A stretch of DNA of 63,966 bases, filler included, from Reticulomyxa filosa (taxonomy: Eukaryota > Protista > Foraminifera): NCBI GenBank assembly GCA_000512085.1. It is 18 parts of 18 records of this genome, joined end to end, with 100 filler letters (N's around TTAATTAATTAA, not from the genome) between each part and the next. Parts side by side here need not be neighbours in the genome. Positions count along the whole stretch, not along the records: positions 35,316 to 39,925 come from ASPP01027411.1; positions 40,026 to 45,082 come from ASPP01002622.1; positions 45,183 to 46,863 come from ASPP01025605.1; positions 46,964 to 49,948 come from ASPP01006317.1; 14 more parts are not named here. One strand, given 5' to 3'. How positions within the stretch are numbered: position 1 is the first letter of the stretch; each line of letters begins with the position of its first letter. The notes under the pieces were generated by a model. The model made no database searches. It was not told the origin of the DNA and was given only the letters and a program-made list of their open reading frames with translations. Made by a program: the position numbers and the translations under genes. Of the stretch, positions 36,195 through 49,144 are shown one piece after another.

Positions 36195-39100
36195 ATGAAC
36201 AAAACAACGACTGCTGCTGTTAGATTTAGATCTTTTGGCTATTTTGGTCCGGATGAGCTACGATATCCTAATCAGCTATTTACTATATTTGACAACACTG
36301 CTTCATTCACTTGTCCTTACTGTTTGGAGGTTATGAGTTATAGAATTGCGTTGACTTCACACATGTGAAACTTCACTATTGTTAGTGAACGCAAGAAAGC
36401 TTGCAGATTTAAAGAATGCACAAAGATTTGGATACAGCCAAAGATATTGACTGAAGGACGTTTAGAGAACTTGAAAAGAGATTTTCCAAAATATGATTGG
36501 GATCAAATTATAAATCATATTCGTTATGGTAAATGGGAAGACATTGAGAAACTTGGTATGTAAGTTGACGACAAGATAAAAGAAAATGACTTTGGGATCT
36601 TGATCCCTAAAGGCAAAGACAATGAAATGAAAATATTAGTGAAAGTGATAACAGCAATGATATTGAAAGTGCAAGCGAAAAATCGCATAACGGGAACTCG
36701 CAAAGAAGCTCAGGCAATTCAACAAGAACAAGTCCAAGATTAGGACAAAATAAAAGCAATAACAAAAACAAAAAAGATTAGGTGAGTGTAATGAAAAAAC
36801 AATGGCTGTTTCAACACTAAGAACAATACCCGAAAATGGAAAAATGACGACACCAAACAAAAGGACAAGACTAACAAGAGCATTGAATACAAATGATATG
36901 ACCAAAACAAATAACAATAATAATAATAATAATAGTAATAATAATTGTAATGATAATGATAATGAAAAAAATAACATGGAAGAAACAAACAAAAGTAATG
37001 ACCTAGATATGGCAGACAATGACAAGAAAGAAAATAATACTAACGATAATACCAACGATAATACTAACAATAATAATGGAAATTCTATAAATGATTATAG
37101 CCAACCTATAGATGATTTAGATGATTTAGATGATTTAAATGACAATAACAATGACAATGAAAATAAGGAGCAAACAAACGATCAAATAGATAAACAGATA
37201 ATAATAGACCAATTAAATAATAAATTATCGTTATTGGATATCAATTATAATCAATTGTTACAGGACATGCAAAATAAATTGGACCTATTATATGAACAAA
37301 ACAAGCAATTACAAATACAAAATAAAAATTTAATGAATGAATTAGATAAAAATAAAAAAATACAAATAATAGACAAGTGCACAATAATAGTAATAATAAT
37401 AACAATAATTTAAATAATGTAAATGTAAGTGTAAGAAAATGCAAAATACTTTTTTAAATATACATAGTAATCTTAACTTAAAATTCACAAAAAATTCTGC
37501 TCTTCGTAAAATATACCGTGAAGATCCTGACTTTTTTGGACTATGTGAAACACATCAAAAAAATGTAAATATAAAGAATTTATTATCAAATGTAGCAATA
37601 ACATATCAAGAACAATACAAAAAAGATAAATCAAAAACAAAAGGCAGATGAGCAATGGAATTTGTACCATAACAAAACGAAATTGGATATCTGAATCAAA
37701 TCATAATCAATTCGCTGAAAATAATATAATGACTATAATTATACATAAATACCAAATAATAATATTGTTCATATATATACCACCAAATGAAGAGAAATGA
37801 ATGAAAAAATATCAACAATCACATTCAGAAATTCTTGAAAAAATAATCCAATTATTTAATATATTAAAATATATTATTATAATAATTGTGGATTTTAATG
37901 CACGCATAATTGATACAGGTGATAGTATAACAAATCAAAACGGACAATTATTAAAGCAACTATGTGAAATACATAAATTAAAAATTTTAAACATAAATCA
38001 AACATTTGGACAAAGAATATATCACAATTTCAAAGCAAAATAATTAACTTTTTTAAGTGGAGATTATGTAATTATCAATACAAACGCGAGATGGGATAAG
38101 TGCATTCCACAAATGGATATACTAAAAGCATTCACAGGTTTAGATCATTTTCCTATAAGACTAACATTTAATATACCAGAATATATAATCATAATAACAA
38201 GAGATAAAAATTAAAAAAGATATTACCAGATATCACAAAAAGAATAGACAAATTATTGATTGATACATCAATGAAAAATTATGATCCAAACCAAGTATAC
38301 GAAGGATTAATGTGGAATATCTATGATACATTGAACAAAACAAACATGATACGCACAAAATATATGAATAATATAAAAGACATGGAACAAATGGATAAAA
38401 AACTTTACGTAACAGCTGCTAAAAAAAAACATTGACGCATACACAAAACATAAAGAACAAATACAAAAACGAAAATTAAATAAAATAATTAGAAAGCTTC
38501 AGAAAAAAATAAATAATGGAGATGACAAAAATTTTTATGAAACCATCAGGAGACTCCAATTGAATATAATATTCAAATTCAGGATAAAATGAGAATAGTG
38601 ATTCATTATGACAAAGACAAAGCGATCACAATTGGTCAATATTTTCAACAACTATTCAAACACAAACATCACATAAACATACAATGGGAAAATGAAATAA
38701 ATACAAAAATACAAGAACATATAAATCAAGTATTTATATCATATGATACAATACTAGATGAACAATTTAATGAAAAAGAATTATTAAATATATATTATAC
38801 ATTAGACAATAATAAGGCCACCTTCTTAGATGAAATATCAAATGAACTAATATCTTTATTGATTAAAAATAATCCAAACCAAATGATACGCTTGATAAAC
38901 TTGATTTGTAGCATTGACAAAATTCCCAAAAAATTATTGTTATCACGAATGGCAAGTATACAAAAGAAAATAAATGCTGTTAGATGTGATTATCTACGTG
39001 GTATAAGTATCAAATCATCACTTTTATCAATTATAGATAAATTGATTCTTGATCGAATATGGCACTCCTAGAAAAGACAATACACAAAGAACAAAATGGA

Positions 39101-39925
39101 TTTATGATAGGAAGAGTAACTGATGATAACATAGTCATACTACGTATATCCTATACAATATGAGATATATAAATAAGGCTTTCGATTCAGTCTGGCACAA
39201 TGGTCTACTGTATAAATTATGTACAATTGGAGTAAAAGGAAAAATGCTGCAATTATTACATTCCCTACTGACATAGGACAACTACTTGTGACAAATGGTA
39301 ACTGGTCCTATGCTCCATTTCCAATTGAGACTGAAACATGCCAAGGTTATTTACTAAGTGGCCCTCTATTTAATTTATATTTGAATGACATTATCACATA
39401 GATTAAAAAAGTAAACACAAATCAAAAAATATATGACATACCAGTATCACCTTGTCTATTATATGCTGATGATATAATTACATTAACTGAATATGTAAAT
39501 GATAATAACAAAGTGATGCAAACAATACAATAATATTGTAATAAATGGAAACTTAATATTAATGCAAATAAATGTATAATATCATCGACGAAGAAAATTG
39601 ATAAGATACAATTGAAAGGAAATATATTTAAGATCAAAGAACATATCCAACATTGTAAAATATTTGTGAATAATTTTCAATATGACCACATTATCATGGT
39701 CGAAATATGTCTAAGAAAATCAAACACAATTATTACACAAAGTCAAATAATGTGAATTATTGGTGGACAACTTGATATAAACAAGTAAAATATTATAAAG
39801 CCATAATCAGACCTGTAATAGAATACGGATTTCGGTCGATATTGTTTCGAAAAAGCGCGATTGCTCGTCTAAATACAATGCAACATCTGGCATTGACACG
39901 TATACTAAAATTGTACCGCACCTCC
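36195..39925 (+). mobile_element. Decayed non-LTR retrotransposon (LINE): C2H2-like zinc finger, Asn-rich linker, APE endonuclease, reverse transcriptase
   Basis: ZnF 'FTCPYCLEVMSYRIALTSH' (~36306-36362). APE motifs 'ILFLNIH', 'PDFFGLCETH', 'IYIPP', 'IIVDFNAR', 'LDHFPI'. RT motifs 'YLRGISIKS', 'QNGFMIGR', 'DINKAFDSVWH', 'QGYLLSGPLFNLYLNDI', 'LLYADDI' (YADD 39462-39473), 'KWKLNINANKC', 'YKAIIRPVIEYG'. Many stops and frameshifts; 3' end lost at the spacer. Confidence 0.92.
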
Positions 39926-40025
39926 NNNNNNNNNNNNNNNNNNNNNNNNNNNNNNNNNNNNNNNNNNNNTTAATTAATTAANNNNNNNNNNNNNNNNNNN
40001 NNNNNNNNNNNNNNNNNNNNNNNNN

Positions 40026-40980
40026 AAAAAAAAAAAAAAAAATGATAACAATAATAATGATAATAAATGAACCACAAAAAAAAAAAAAAAAAAATTAACA
40101 TGAGCAGTAAGTCCCCTTTTTTAGCAAAAGCGGTAATGACGGAGGCATTGCAACCCATGTAATCTGGATAAATAATACAAGTTGCGCCAAAATATTCCCC
40201 AATTTTTTGTTCCAATTGTAAGTGGATGTCCATGGTGCCATAAAAGCCGCGAGGACCACAGCTGCCAACTGCACATTGTTTTATTGTGTCCTCCGCTACT
40301 TTCTTCACTTCGTTTCGATGCGCAAAGCCCAAGTAATTGTAGCAGCCCAAGTTTATGTATTCCTTCTCGCTATCACTCGCTTTTACTATTGCCGTTGCCC
40401 CACTTTTTCATTATTTTTGTATTGCATTTTTTTTTTTTAATAATTGTTTTATTAAAAAATTTATGAAAAAAAAAGTGTTTTCCACGTGCTTACACGGAAA
40501 AAAGAATAGCAAATTAAAAAAAAAAAAAATTCACATTAAAGTTGGCAGACCTACGCAAGTGAATAGTCTCACGAGACCACAAATTCATTTGCTCTGGTAC
40601 CAATGGCTCGGGCTGCCATTCATCAATCAGTTCCTGTTCTTCTCGAGACGTTAGCTTGTCTTTGTGTTCGGGAGTTGATTTTTCTTGTTTGAAGATCAAC
40701 CATACTACCACCACTACCAATACTAATTCTGTCACCATGTGAAGTGGGTTTGCGTTGTATGCGTCTGCAAAGTGTTGCAGCCACCATCCGAACGATAACT
40801 AACATCATCACATTTTTTTTTTCAATCAACTCAACTATCTATCTGCACCCTCTTTTTAAAAATAAACAAAAAAATCTCTTCAAATGTCTTATGCCACTTA
40901 ACTGCATGTTTAAAGTCAAATTCAACAGCCGTTCCGGGCAAAGGCGCATCAGAAACAAGTGAAAGCAATACTGTCAACAT
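40026..40980 (-). CDS. SPTLC1: Serine palmitoyltransferase subunit LCB1, N-terminal part
   Basis: 'LTSREEQELIDEWQPEPLVP', 'GCYNYLGF', 'VGSCGPRGFYGTMDIHLQLEQKI', 'VITAFAKKGDLL'. Confidence 0.92.
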
Positions 40981-42204
40981 TGCAAAATGTGGCTTTTATT
41001 TACTTTTTTTTAAGGAAACTTTTCACGAGAACCCTGAAGTCTAACTTTTTCAGTCACGAGCTTCCAGTTTTGACTCGATATTTTGGCTCGTTAAGCTACA
41101 AAAAAAACTGAAAACCTAAAATTCAATACATATTTTAAAAATAAGATTAGTTTAACTGCTGTGATTTATTACGTTTTCGTGTAATGAAATTGTTTGTTAT
41201 GTTGTTTGCTATTTCTTCACGAATTTTTAATTGCACCATATAAATAAAAATAATCTAATTACAATGAAGCAATCAACACATATGAAATATTGAAAAACAA
41301 ATTTGAACAAAACAAACAACCAAATTCAAAAATATTTATTTTACTTCCGAACATTCTAAAATCAAACTTTATTTTACATTATTTATTTTTCTTTTCTTAA
41401 TTTTTCAGTAATTCTTGTTTTTAATGCGTTATATTTGTTATTCGATAAATTGTTTTTCTTCGAAATCTTTTACTTTCGATCTGTTCTCTTCTAAAACCAA
41501 ATTGCTTTTGACATTCTAGTCTGATTTTTTGCTTGATAATTGTTGATTGAACAAAAACAATGTGTAACTTCACTTTTTCGTTTTATTGTTTAGCTTGCTA
41601 ATGAATATTTATAACATGTTGTGATTTCTAAGATAAATACATTGCTTTGATATCGTGCATATCACTAGCAAGTTCTGATTTGATGTACCAAATGCTTCAT
41701 CAGTTTAATAACAGGAAAAGCTACTTTTTTATTTGCATTATTAAAAATATAACATAAATATATTTTTTAGATGTAGATTCATTTATCTTTTCAACAATTT
41801 CTGAAAGTATGTGGATACAGTATTTATTAATACATATCAATAGTTTATTGTTTTTCGTAATTAAAAATAAAGCAAAATAACTTATATAATCTCACAAAAT
41901 TGAGTTCGCAAATATCGTGATGATTCATTCTTGACTATTACTTTTGATTATTGTCAAAATGAAAAAATAATATTATACAATTCTTTCAACATGTAGTTTT
42001 CTCTTCAATCCTTAAGTAATTTTTGTGCTGCACATCTATTGCGATTGCTGTTTCCACTAATTTCTTATAAAAATATTCTTCAAAAAAATTCGTCACACGC
42101 TTAGTAACCAACGCCGACTTTCAAATGAACTTCAAATCTCGACATACTCGAATTCTACAGCCAACTTAAACACAAATCTTCTTCGAAAAAAACGTTTCTA
42201 AAAA

Positions 42205-42540
42205 AATTATATCGTAATTCTTCAACAAAAAAAATCCAAAAAAACGATGTCAAACGAAAATGCAAACGGTTTTTTTAAATTTCCTATGTATTTTTCTGCA
42301 GGAAAAAAATTTGTAGGTGTTTTGTCAAACGATAGACTTTTAAATCTAGGTTTTTGTGCCATATGAAACTTTATTTTTGTGTGAAACAAAAATTAAGTTG
42401 AACTAACTCCCTTGACAAAAACAAAATGAAAAAAAATTTGTTCGCAGGCACCTTGTGCCGGCGAATATATTTTGTTTCATTTTCTGTTTTTCCCAAGGGA
42501 GTTAGTTCAAACTTAATTTTTTATATGTTATTTTAAACAA
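42205..42540 (-). repeat. Dispersed repeat copy 2 (inverted) with the palindrome and a relic of the retroelement ORF start
   Basis: Hairpin 42388-42522 (ttgaactaactcccttg...ttcgcaggcac-ctt-gtgccggcgaa...caagggagttagttcaa). On the minus strand it continues into 'tttggattttttttgttgaagaattacgatat', similar to copy 1 'tttggctattttggtccggatgagctacgatat'. Confidence 0.85.
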
Positions 42541-43428
42541 TGCCTTTTATTATTAAAAATTTTGCTTTTTTTTAATTGCGATATTTATTGTTTGTAACTA
42601 TTTACATTAGTTAACAAAAATGTGATTATTTATTGTGTTGTTTGATTTATAAAGTTATGTTGTCCAACTAAAAGCGAACATGTGTGAAGAAAATTCAAAT
42701 ACAAGTCTTCACCAAATGAACACAAAAATGTGGATTTCCAAGTAATGTTATTTTGGAAATTGTATCTGTTATTCATTGAAAGATTTTTGCTTCTCCACAT
42801 ATATCATCAAAAGAGTTTATTAAGTGACTTTTTTTTGTAAAAATGTTCAAATTTTTTGAACAAATTAGAAAGACAAAAAAAAAATAAACTCACACTTAAA
42901 ATACTTTATTTATTGCGACATTACCCTTGTGTTTTGCAAACGCATAAAAAAATTTGGATGTTGATGTTCTCTTTTCATCAAAAGATTCACGTAGAAAGAG
43001 CGCAGAAGCTGGCATAAGTATATTAAAAAGTTTTGGCTGAGTGAATTTTTCACAGCAAAACGAAAATATGTTAAATAACGAAAAAACAAAACGACTACAA
43101 CGAAAGAACACAAAGTAAGAAGTAAAGTTTTTGTGAAGAAGAGTTTCCACGTTCCAAGTGGAACTTCACTTGCGGTTAGTGGAGTACTATTCTCACCCGA
43201 TACTACATGATATTAAATGTGTAAATCAACTCCACAAAAAAATAAAAATTGAAGCAGTTTTGAACACAAGATTGAAATATAAATGTAACAATTCTTTAAA
43301 GAATCAAATTTTTGTAAATTTTTTTATAAGTTAAGTATTTGAAAAACGAAACTTCAAGTTGAATTCTTTGTTCTTTTTTTGCTCTAAGGGGTATTTATTA
43401 CCCGTTTTGCGCTCTCTTTTCTATAATC

Positions 43429-43980
43429 ATGGCAAACAACAGTAACCCTTTAAAATCACGAAGCTTTTGGAGAAATAATTGGCTTTATGATAAATTGTTC
43501 AATCCCATTCGAATTGAGCATATAGAAATCCCAACACCAGGAGGGAAAATAAAAATTGAAAAAAGAGTAGGGAAGTTGACACTTCCAGACTTCTTGAAAA
43601 GTAGCCTCGTTCGCAAAGGTGGGCCAATGGCAGCTTACTGTGTTGTTGCATTTGTAGGAGTATATTGGGCAAGAACACAAAAAGTTTACTTGAAATTTCT
43701 TACATTTTCCTTTTCATTTTGTTTTGTTATGTGTCAAATTTGGTAAACAATACGAATTTTATTTAATTGAACATTGCAAAAGATGAAAACAAATGAAGTA
43801 CATGATTTCCAGCAACAAAGTGTTCAAAAAAAACAAGAAGAGGTCAATGTTGATGAATTATTGCAAGTTAAGTTTGTCTTGCAACAGCAATCATTGCCTA
43901 TTTTTTTAACAAAAAAATGATAGATGTATCGTCGAAAAATAGTAGACCCAACATTAGGTGTGAGACCTGGCACACCATGA
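43429..43980 (+). CDS. Small single-pass membrane protein, possibly COX16-like
   Basis: Three exons predicted: '...KGGPMAAYCVVAFVGVYWARTQK|MKTNEVHDFQQQSVQKKQEEVNVDELLQ|MYRRKIVDPTLGVRPGTP*'. The TM + coiled coil + terminal RP layout resembles COX16 (weak). Confidence 0.45.
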
Positions 43981-44444
43981 TGATTTTCAATTGCAAAACA
44001 AATGGGAATATCTTTATTGTCATTAAATATCACGATTATCAATTAACTATCCCCCAAATGCAAATCATCCATTATTTTTGAAATATTATTTCGTATGTCC
44101 CTTGTTCAAAACGACTGTAAACAACAGATTTGGAAAACTAATCGAAATTGTCAAAAATTGCCTTGTTTTTCTTGTTTTTCATTTTATTCCCACTTTTTTC
44201 TTGCTCGATTTTTAAAGAGATTGAAATAGATTGAATCATTACATCCATCAAAATAATTACCTCGTTTTTTTCTTTTGTTCTACTTTCCTTTTATATGGGT
44301 CGGAGCTTTGGGACCTTTTCTCCGCAGTTGAGAATTGAAAATATCCGGAACAAGTTTAACTACAAACTGACAGTGAAAAGGGTCGCAAGCGTTGCCATAA
44401 TTTTTTTTGAAATTTGAATATTGATCAATAAGAAGAGGGATATA

Positions 44445-45082
44445 ATGTTCCGTGCGTCAAGTGGGAGTATAAGCTCTATGATTTTTTCAAGAGAAAGGAA
44501 TTCTTCCTATACAAAATCGAAACGCTTTAGTGTAAGTCAGCCACCAACAATAAACGACGAAAAGTTGAGAGAAATTCGAATAGAGCTTGGTCACGCCAAA
44601 ATGCAACTGGCGGTAGAAGAGGACCGAGTAAACGAACTGGAAGCCGACTTGACAACACTAGTCAGTGAGAAATATCAAAGTGATTCTGCACTGATCGGAA
44701 GGCTTAGAGATTCGCTGGACAATTTGCGATCGGAATTAGCACTGAGTTTATTTATTCCTTGACGTATTTGTTGTTATTCTTTTTTTTTTTTTTAAGCTCC
44801 TTCCTTCTCTCAAGACGCATACATATGTGTGTAAATGTCAATATACACCCAAGTAACGGAAAGCAAGCAACGTTTGGCAAGTACAACAGCAACAGAAATG
44901 GTGAGACTGCGAGATGTAATACGATTGCTGACAGAGCAAATTTTTGAATTGACAAATGAACAGCCAACCGTTCGTACATTTGACAATTTGGCTTCTTTGC
45001 AAGATGCTCAGACAAAAATGAACCAAAAAAAAAAGTTGAACCAAAATTCATACCAAAGGAGAAGGGAGAGAGGGGAGGGGGG
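44445..45082 (+). CDS. Coiled-coil hypothetical protein, partial
   Basis: 'KLREIRIELGHAKMQLAVEEDRVNELEADL' heptads; second exon 'VTESKQRLASTTATEMVRLRDVIRLLTEQIFEL'. Confidence 0.55.
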
Positions 45083-45182
45083 NNNNNNNNNNNNNNNNNN
45101 NNNNNNNNNNNNNNNNNNNNNNNNNNTTAATTAATTAANNNNNNNNNNNNNNNNNNNNNNNNNNNNNNNNNNNNNNNNNNNN

Positions 45183-46863
45183 AAAAAAAAAAAAAGATTT
45201 TACATTATCTGATGCACAATATTGCAATCCACCGCTCACATTGCACGACCACAACTATAAGTGGTGGAGTTCAATCATCATATGCGGCTTCTCCAATTCA
45301 TACAATCATTTGTACCGCTTTGTTTACATATCCAAGCTCCACACGTCTACTATACACAAGTCACAGCCAAAAGATAATGTCTATATCGAAGAGACAAAAA
45401 AAAAGAAAAGAAAGATAACTTGGCAGCAGGATATAATCGACGTTTATATTGGATGCCACTTGAATTGTTTGTAATTTTGTGATCTGGTGCGCAAATTATT
45501 GTTGATCGCGAATGTGTACATGAAATTGTCGTGTTGGAGCTGGAGCAATGCGTGAAGGCGCAAGCGAATCGGTGGTGTCCACAGTTATGCGGATGTTGCA
45601 TTGATGGCGTAAGTGCCATTGAATGCCACTCATTGGAGAAAGCAGTGCCTCTTTGCACAAAAAGATTATAGGCATCACGGCCGACTTGCAATAAAATTGC
45701 ACGTCGGTTGCGCTATGCCCATTCTCTTATTTGCGCAAATAGCGCTTCAGTCGCCTTAAGGGCATATCATTGGCTATTGGACAATGGCGACAATTTTCAT
45801 TCACAACTTGTACCAGCAATCGCCGGTCGAACCATAAGTTGGATTCTTCATCGCCGTCTGTCCAGTCATCACTTTGCAACGCCATCACATCATTGCACAT
45901 ATCTTGGCGATCTGTATGATATATACAATTTTTTATTTGTTTGTTTTTTTTTAAAAATAAAAATAAAAATAAAAAAACAACTTAACATTACAGGATTGGG
46001 TAACAATTGCAGCATAGCAGTCGAAGTTGTGCAAGTCGTTGGGCAGTGATACGCTGGAATGAAAAATTTGCTGCGACAATAGATAGTGTTTGCAGCTGAG
46101 TCCTGCGCTCGCATCGATGTGGTACCCGGAACAATTGATTGCAAACAATGCCTTGAATATTCTACTCATTCCTGGCTGTTGATACCGTTTGTATATTCCA
46201 TTCGATGGTGGTGTCGTCATCACTCCCACTTCGCCGTTTGCAAGTGCACTATTGTTTTTGTTATTTTTTGAATCAAATTTATCTGTGCAATCCATACTCT
46301 TCCTTGTTATCTCTGATATACGTAAACGTAACCTTTTTTTTTTTTTAATGAACATTTTTTTTTTTCTTTTACTCAATGTTAGCTACCTGTATAATGTTGA
46401 TTTGAAGGCCAATTTATGAAACGTTGAGGAGATTATTGACTTAGATGGAGACATATTTATGGACTGTATTTTGTGTGGGTTCTTATTGGAATTCTTTGGA
46501 TTGATCGGTAGCTGCTAGGGAATACGTATACTTTCATTCTTTGATATCATTGACTTATTAAAAATTTGCACCAACGATACGGTTGTCAAGCCGGTTTGTG
46601 AATATTGCTCACGTTTCCATGTTATAAATTCTACACGTGGCTGATAGAGTTGCTCCTTGATGTTGTAATATATTTATATTGTCGTGACGATACAAACATG
46701 TTTGTCCGTTCCCAGCTGAGTTGCAAATTTTCATTTTTTGCACTTGACACCACCACGAGCACATTTAATGAATGTGGAATTACCAACACCAAGGTGGATT
46801 TCACGCTGCTGTCAACAACTAAAAGTCTCAACTCAATATTTTTTGCTCAGTTTGCCCCCTCCG
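45183..46863 (-). CDS. Hypothetical gene with several frame disruptions; weak resemblance to GPI transamidase subunit PIG-T
   Basis: Coding-like exons with 'VIPHSLNVLV...ENLQLSW', 'IFKALFAINCS' and 'AFSNEWHSMAL', in the order of loosely similar PIG-T motifs; recognition is tentative. Confidence 0.3.
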
Positions 46864-47131
46864 NNNNNNNNNNNNNNNNNNNNNNNNNNNNNNNNNNNNN
46901 NNNNNNNTTAATTAATTAANNNNNNNNNNNNNNNNNNNNNNNNNNNNNNNNNNNNNNNNNNNNTTTTTTTTTTTTTGACAAATCGCTCCTTGATTGCGCG
47001 TCATTTGAAACATTTCGTCTGTAAAGAAAAAAAAAACAAATTGCTGATAATCTTTGCAACACGTGTAAAAGTACTCTTGTGAAGATATTGAAATGCAATT
47101 GTAAAGCTTTGGTTGCGAAGTCCACCTTTTT

Positions 47132-49144
47132 ATGAAAACTGTTTGTCGTTTACCTATTTTGTGTTGTTGTTTTTTTGGTAAAAATTGCAGGGGAAAAAGA
47201 AAGAAAGCCAAACCAAAACACAGACAGGACAAGCGCCGACGGCGTACAATTAATCAAGGCATTGTATTGGTATTAACATTTTTTAGTTATTGTGCATTGC
47301 ACGCTTGCCGACAAGCCTTTGCCAAGTGTGATAACTTTGGTTTTGTGATGTGTTGAAAACAAATTGATAACCGCACTTGTTCTTTTGTGTGTACATGTCA
47401 TTTTGTTTTGCTTTGTTTTTTTTAAAAAAAAAAAAAGTGCCAAAAACGAAATGAAAGACCATTGGGGCTTTTCGAAACACATGGAAGGTGCAATGGACGC
47501 AATATTTTTATTTTGCTATGCAGTGGGGTTATACGTGAGTGGAATGACAGGGGACAAGTTTAATACGGTACGTGTGCACTCGCTAGGGTTGATTCTCACG
47601 GGCATCATTGTTGGAATATTCGGTGCTTCGATCCCAATCTTTAACGTTCGTTCCTCGTACACTGGATACTTCTTCTTCTTGTGGTTTTTGAATGGGCTTG
47701 CGCAGTCGACTGGTTGGCCAACTGCTGTCAAATTAATGGGCAATTGGTTTGGTCAGGATCATTCCGGTTCCATTTTTGGTTATTTCTTTTTATCATCTAT
47801 TCAATTTATTTATTCGTTCACTTTTTTTTTTTTTGAAAGTAAGGGGGGGGCATCACACAATTGTTAACATAAAATATGATATGATACGTATAAAATTGCA
47901 ATTTATTTCGGGGATTGTTAAAAACTTTTAATTTATTGTTTTAAAAAAAAAAAAAAAAAGGCTTGTGGAGCGCGAATGCCTGCGCGGGAAACATACTGGG
48001 AGCGGGGATGGTGTCAATTGTCTTAGACGAAAATTGGGGACTTGAATGGATGTTTTGGCTCCCTGCCATCAACATTACTATAATTGGAGTGCTTGTGTAC
48101 CTGGTGGTCCTCGAAAAACCGGCAATGCTTCTGATTATCCTCTTTTGCAACAATCTTCCAACACAAACGGCTTGGCCCATGATATCAATGACCCACTGCA
48201 AGTTGCCAACAGCCTCGTGCCTGCACCAAACGAAGATGACAATCCCGATAATGGCGTGGCTTCGCCTTTGCATAATAACGTATATAAATACATATTTTAT
48301 ATATGTATACAATTGTTTTGGGATATTTTAATATACGTATACATATATGTGCATATATGTATATGTGTATGTATAAAAAGAGAGCCGTGAATGCGCAGAG
48401 TAATAACGATGAAAAAAATCGTAAGCATATATCATTATGGGAGGCCATGCGCATTCCCAATGTAATGATGTATGCAACGTGCTATGCGTGTTTGAAAAGT
48501 GTGAATTATGCCATGTTTTTTTGGCTTCCCTTTTTCTTGGGCAATTCATTTGGAAATAGTATGGCCAATCTCCTGACAATGCTTTACAATGTTGGACAAA
48601 TTTTCGGTAGCTGGATTTGCGGCTGGATGTCCGACTACATTCACAAACGTAGTCCTCCTGTCTTTCTTTTCTTAGTCCTTGCCATTGCGCCTGTACTCAT
48701 GCTTCGTGCCGACACCAGCAGTGAACTATACTTTGGCGTTGTTGTTACTGCCGGCGGATTTTTGATTGGTTTGTTTTCTTCGTTTTCATAACATTGCGAT
48801 ATATCAACAATTCAAATACATTGTTTGAATTGTCAACGCATAAAACAGGTGGACCAGCAAATATGATATCAGGAGCCATTTCTGCGGACCTGGGAAAAGA
48901 GCAAAGTGTGAAGGGCAACGCTGAAGCATTAAGTACGGTGGCAGGAATTATTGATGGCACGGCCTCCTTTGGAGCTGCAATTATGCAATATTTGGTTGCC
49001 GTGGTATCTGATGCTGGCTGGGACTATGTATTTATAATGCTTAGTCTTTCTTTGGTTGGAAGTACTCTCTTAGTCACCCCTTTATTTCTACGAGAAATGA
49101 AAGAGCTCTGTCGACATGGCATTCAACACGATAACACGCATTAA
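47132..49144 (+). CDS. MFS sugar-phosphate/phosphate exchanger (SLC37A / GlpT-like); start uncertain
   Basis: 'LTFFSYCALHACRQAF', 'FLFCYAVGLYVSGMTGDK', 'NGLAQSTGWPTAVKLMGNWFG', 'LWSANACAGNILGA', 'CLKSVNYAMFFWLP', 'GGPANMISGAISADLG', 'ALSTVAGIIDGTASFGAA'. Confidence 0.93.

Noticed and set aside
36636-37070. Long hydrophobic antisense ORFs (also 14758-15237, 32211-32693, 32916-33245)
   Set aside because: Shadow frames of Asn/Lys/Asp-rich coding sequence on the opposite strand.
36366-39540. In-frame TAA/TGA in element ORFs as evidence of a variant genetic code
   Set aside because: Host genes end at TAA, TAG and TGA normally (e.g. H3, FAN, cupin), and the element also has frameshifts, so ordinary decay explains them.
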